Positions 63,726 through 64,000 of a stretch of 64,000 nt of DNA are shown here, piece by piece. Origin of the DNA: Candidatus Krumholzibacteriota bacterium. Lineage in GTDB: Bacteria; Krumholzibacteriota; Krumholzibacteriia; JAJRXK01. A program made the translations under genes and the position numbers. How positions within the stretch are numbered: the stretch's first letter is position 1; the number at the start of each line of letters is the position of its first letter. Location: positions 384,001-448,000 of the forward strand of contig CAVSGG010000009.1 in assembly GCA_963727455.1 (NCBI GenBank), read 5' to 3'. The notes below the pieces were generated by a model. The model had not been told where the DNA came from and did not search any database. It saw nothing but the letters and a program-made list of their open reading frames with translations.

Positions 63726-64000
63726 ATACTCCACACGAACACGATCCGAAGCAGTTCGAGGATAATTACTTCGATCGCCAATTCTGGAGGCTCTGGTTCC
63801 TCATGGTCGGAGTCTCGGTATTCACCACCGGTGCCTTGGCCATGACCATGCGAAGCCTGCGAGGCATCATCCACCGGCAGTGGCCCTGGGGTGGGACCGA
63901 GGTGGTCCTACTGGTGGGGCTCTTCCTCATGGTCGCGCTCCTCGCCAGCTACCTCACCTACCAGCAGAAGCGGATCCTCGCCCTGCGTTCCTCCCTCGAG
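63722..64000 (+). CDS. Partial membrane protein (two TM helices then a coiled-coil-like segment; possibly a sensor)
   Basis: Manual translation after a frameshift near 63780: FWRLWFLMVGVSVFTTGALAM...VVLLVGLFLMVALLASYLTYQQKRILALRSSLE. Runs off the window end. Confidence 0.5.
   Translation, partial: MNTPHEHDPKQFEDNYFDRQFWRLWFLMVGVSVFTTGALAMTMRSLRGIIHRQWPWGGTEVVLLVGLFLMVALLASYLTYQQKRILALRSSLE

Noticed and set aside
1-64000. CRISPR arrays, tRNA/rRNA genes, IS elements, integrases, prophage or defence genes
   Set aside because: By eye I saw no spaced direct-repeat arrays, cloverleaf motifs, or transposase, integrase or phage-like ORFs. A covariance-model scan would be needed to be certain.

Overview
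High-GC bacterial chromosomal window with about 50 genes, mostly housekeeping. I saw no rRNA, tRNA, CRISPR array or mobile element. Secreted proteins ending in FlgD-Ig ('NYPNPF') domains, a PorV-like barrel and eukaryote-like Ser/Thr kinases suggest an FCB-related candidate phylum such as Krumholzibacteriota, Latescibacterota or Eisenbacteria (inference only). About a quarter of the genes carry single-base frameshifts, best explained as long-read assembly errors. The standout is an 11-kb, eight-gene minus-strand operon (41.1-52.1 kb). It encodes a large Ig-repeat surface protein with an FlgD-Ig C-terminal domain, a PorV/PorQ-family barrel fused to an FlgD-like domain, a ~1000-aa TPR protein, ExbB, two ExbD, TonB and an exported FlgD-like protein, but no TonB-dependent receptor. 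It is a candidate PMF/TonB-energised, T9SS-like export or surface-assembly (or motility) machine. Other notable loci are a cytochrome-c-fused cytochrome bd-superfamily pair, a PerR-rubrerythrin-FeS oxidoreductase-DUF3501 operon with 7-1-7 operator boxes, a Pho-box-preceded porin-phoU unit, an ArcE/cDPGS-like ATPase, a zincless Fpg and a long intergenic hairpin.
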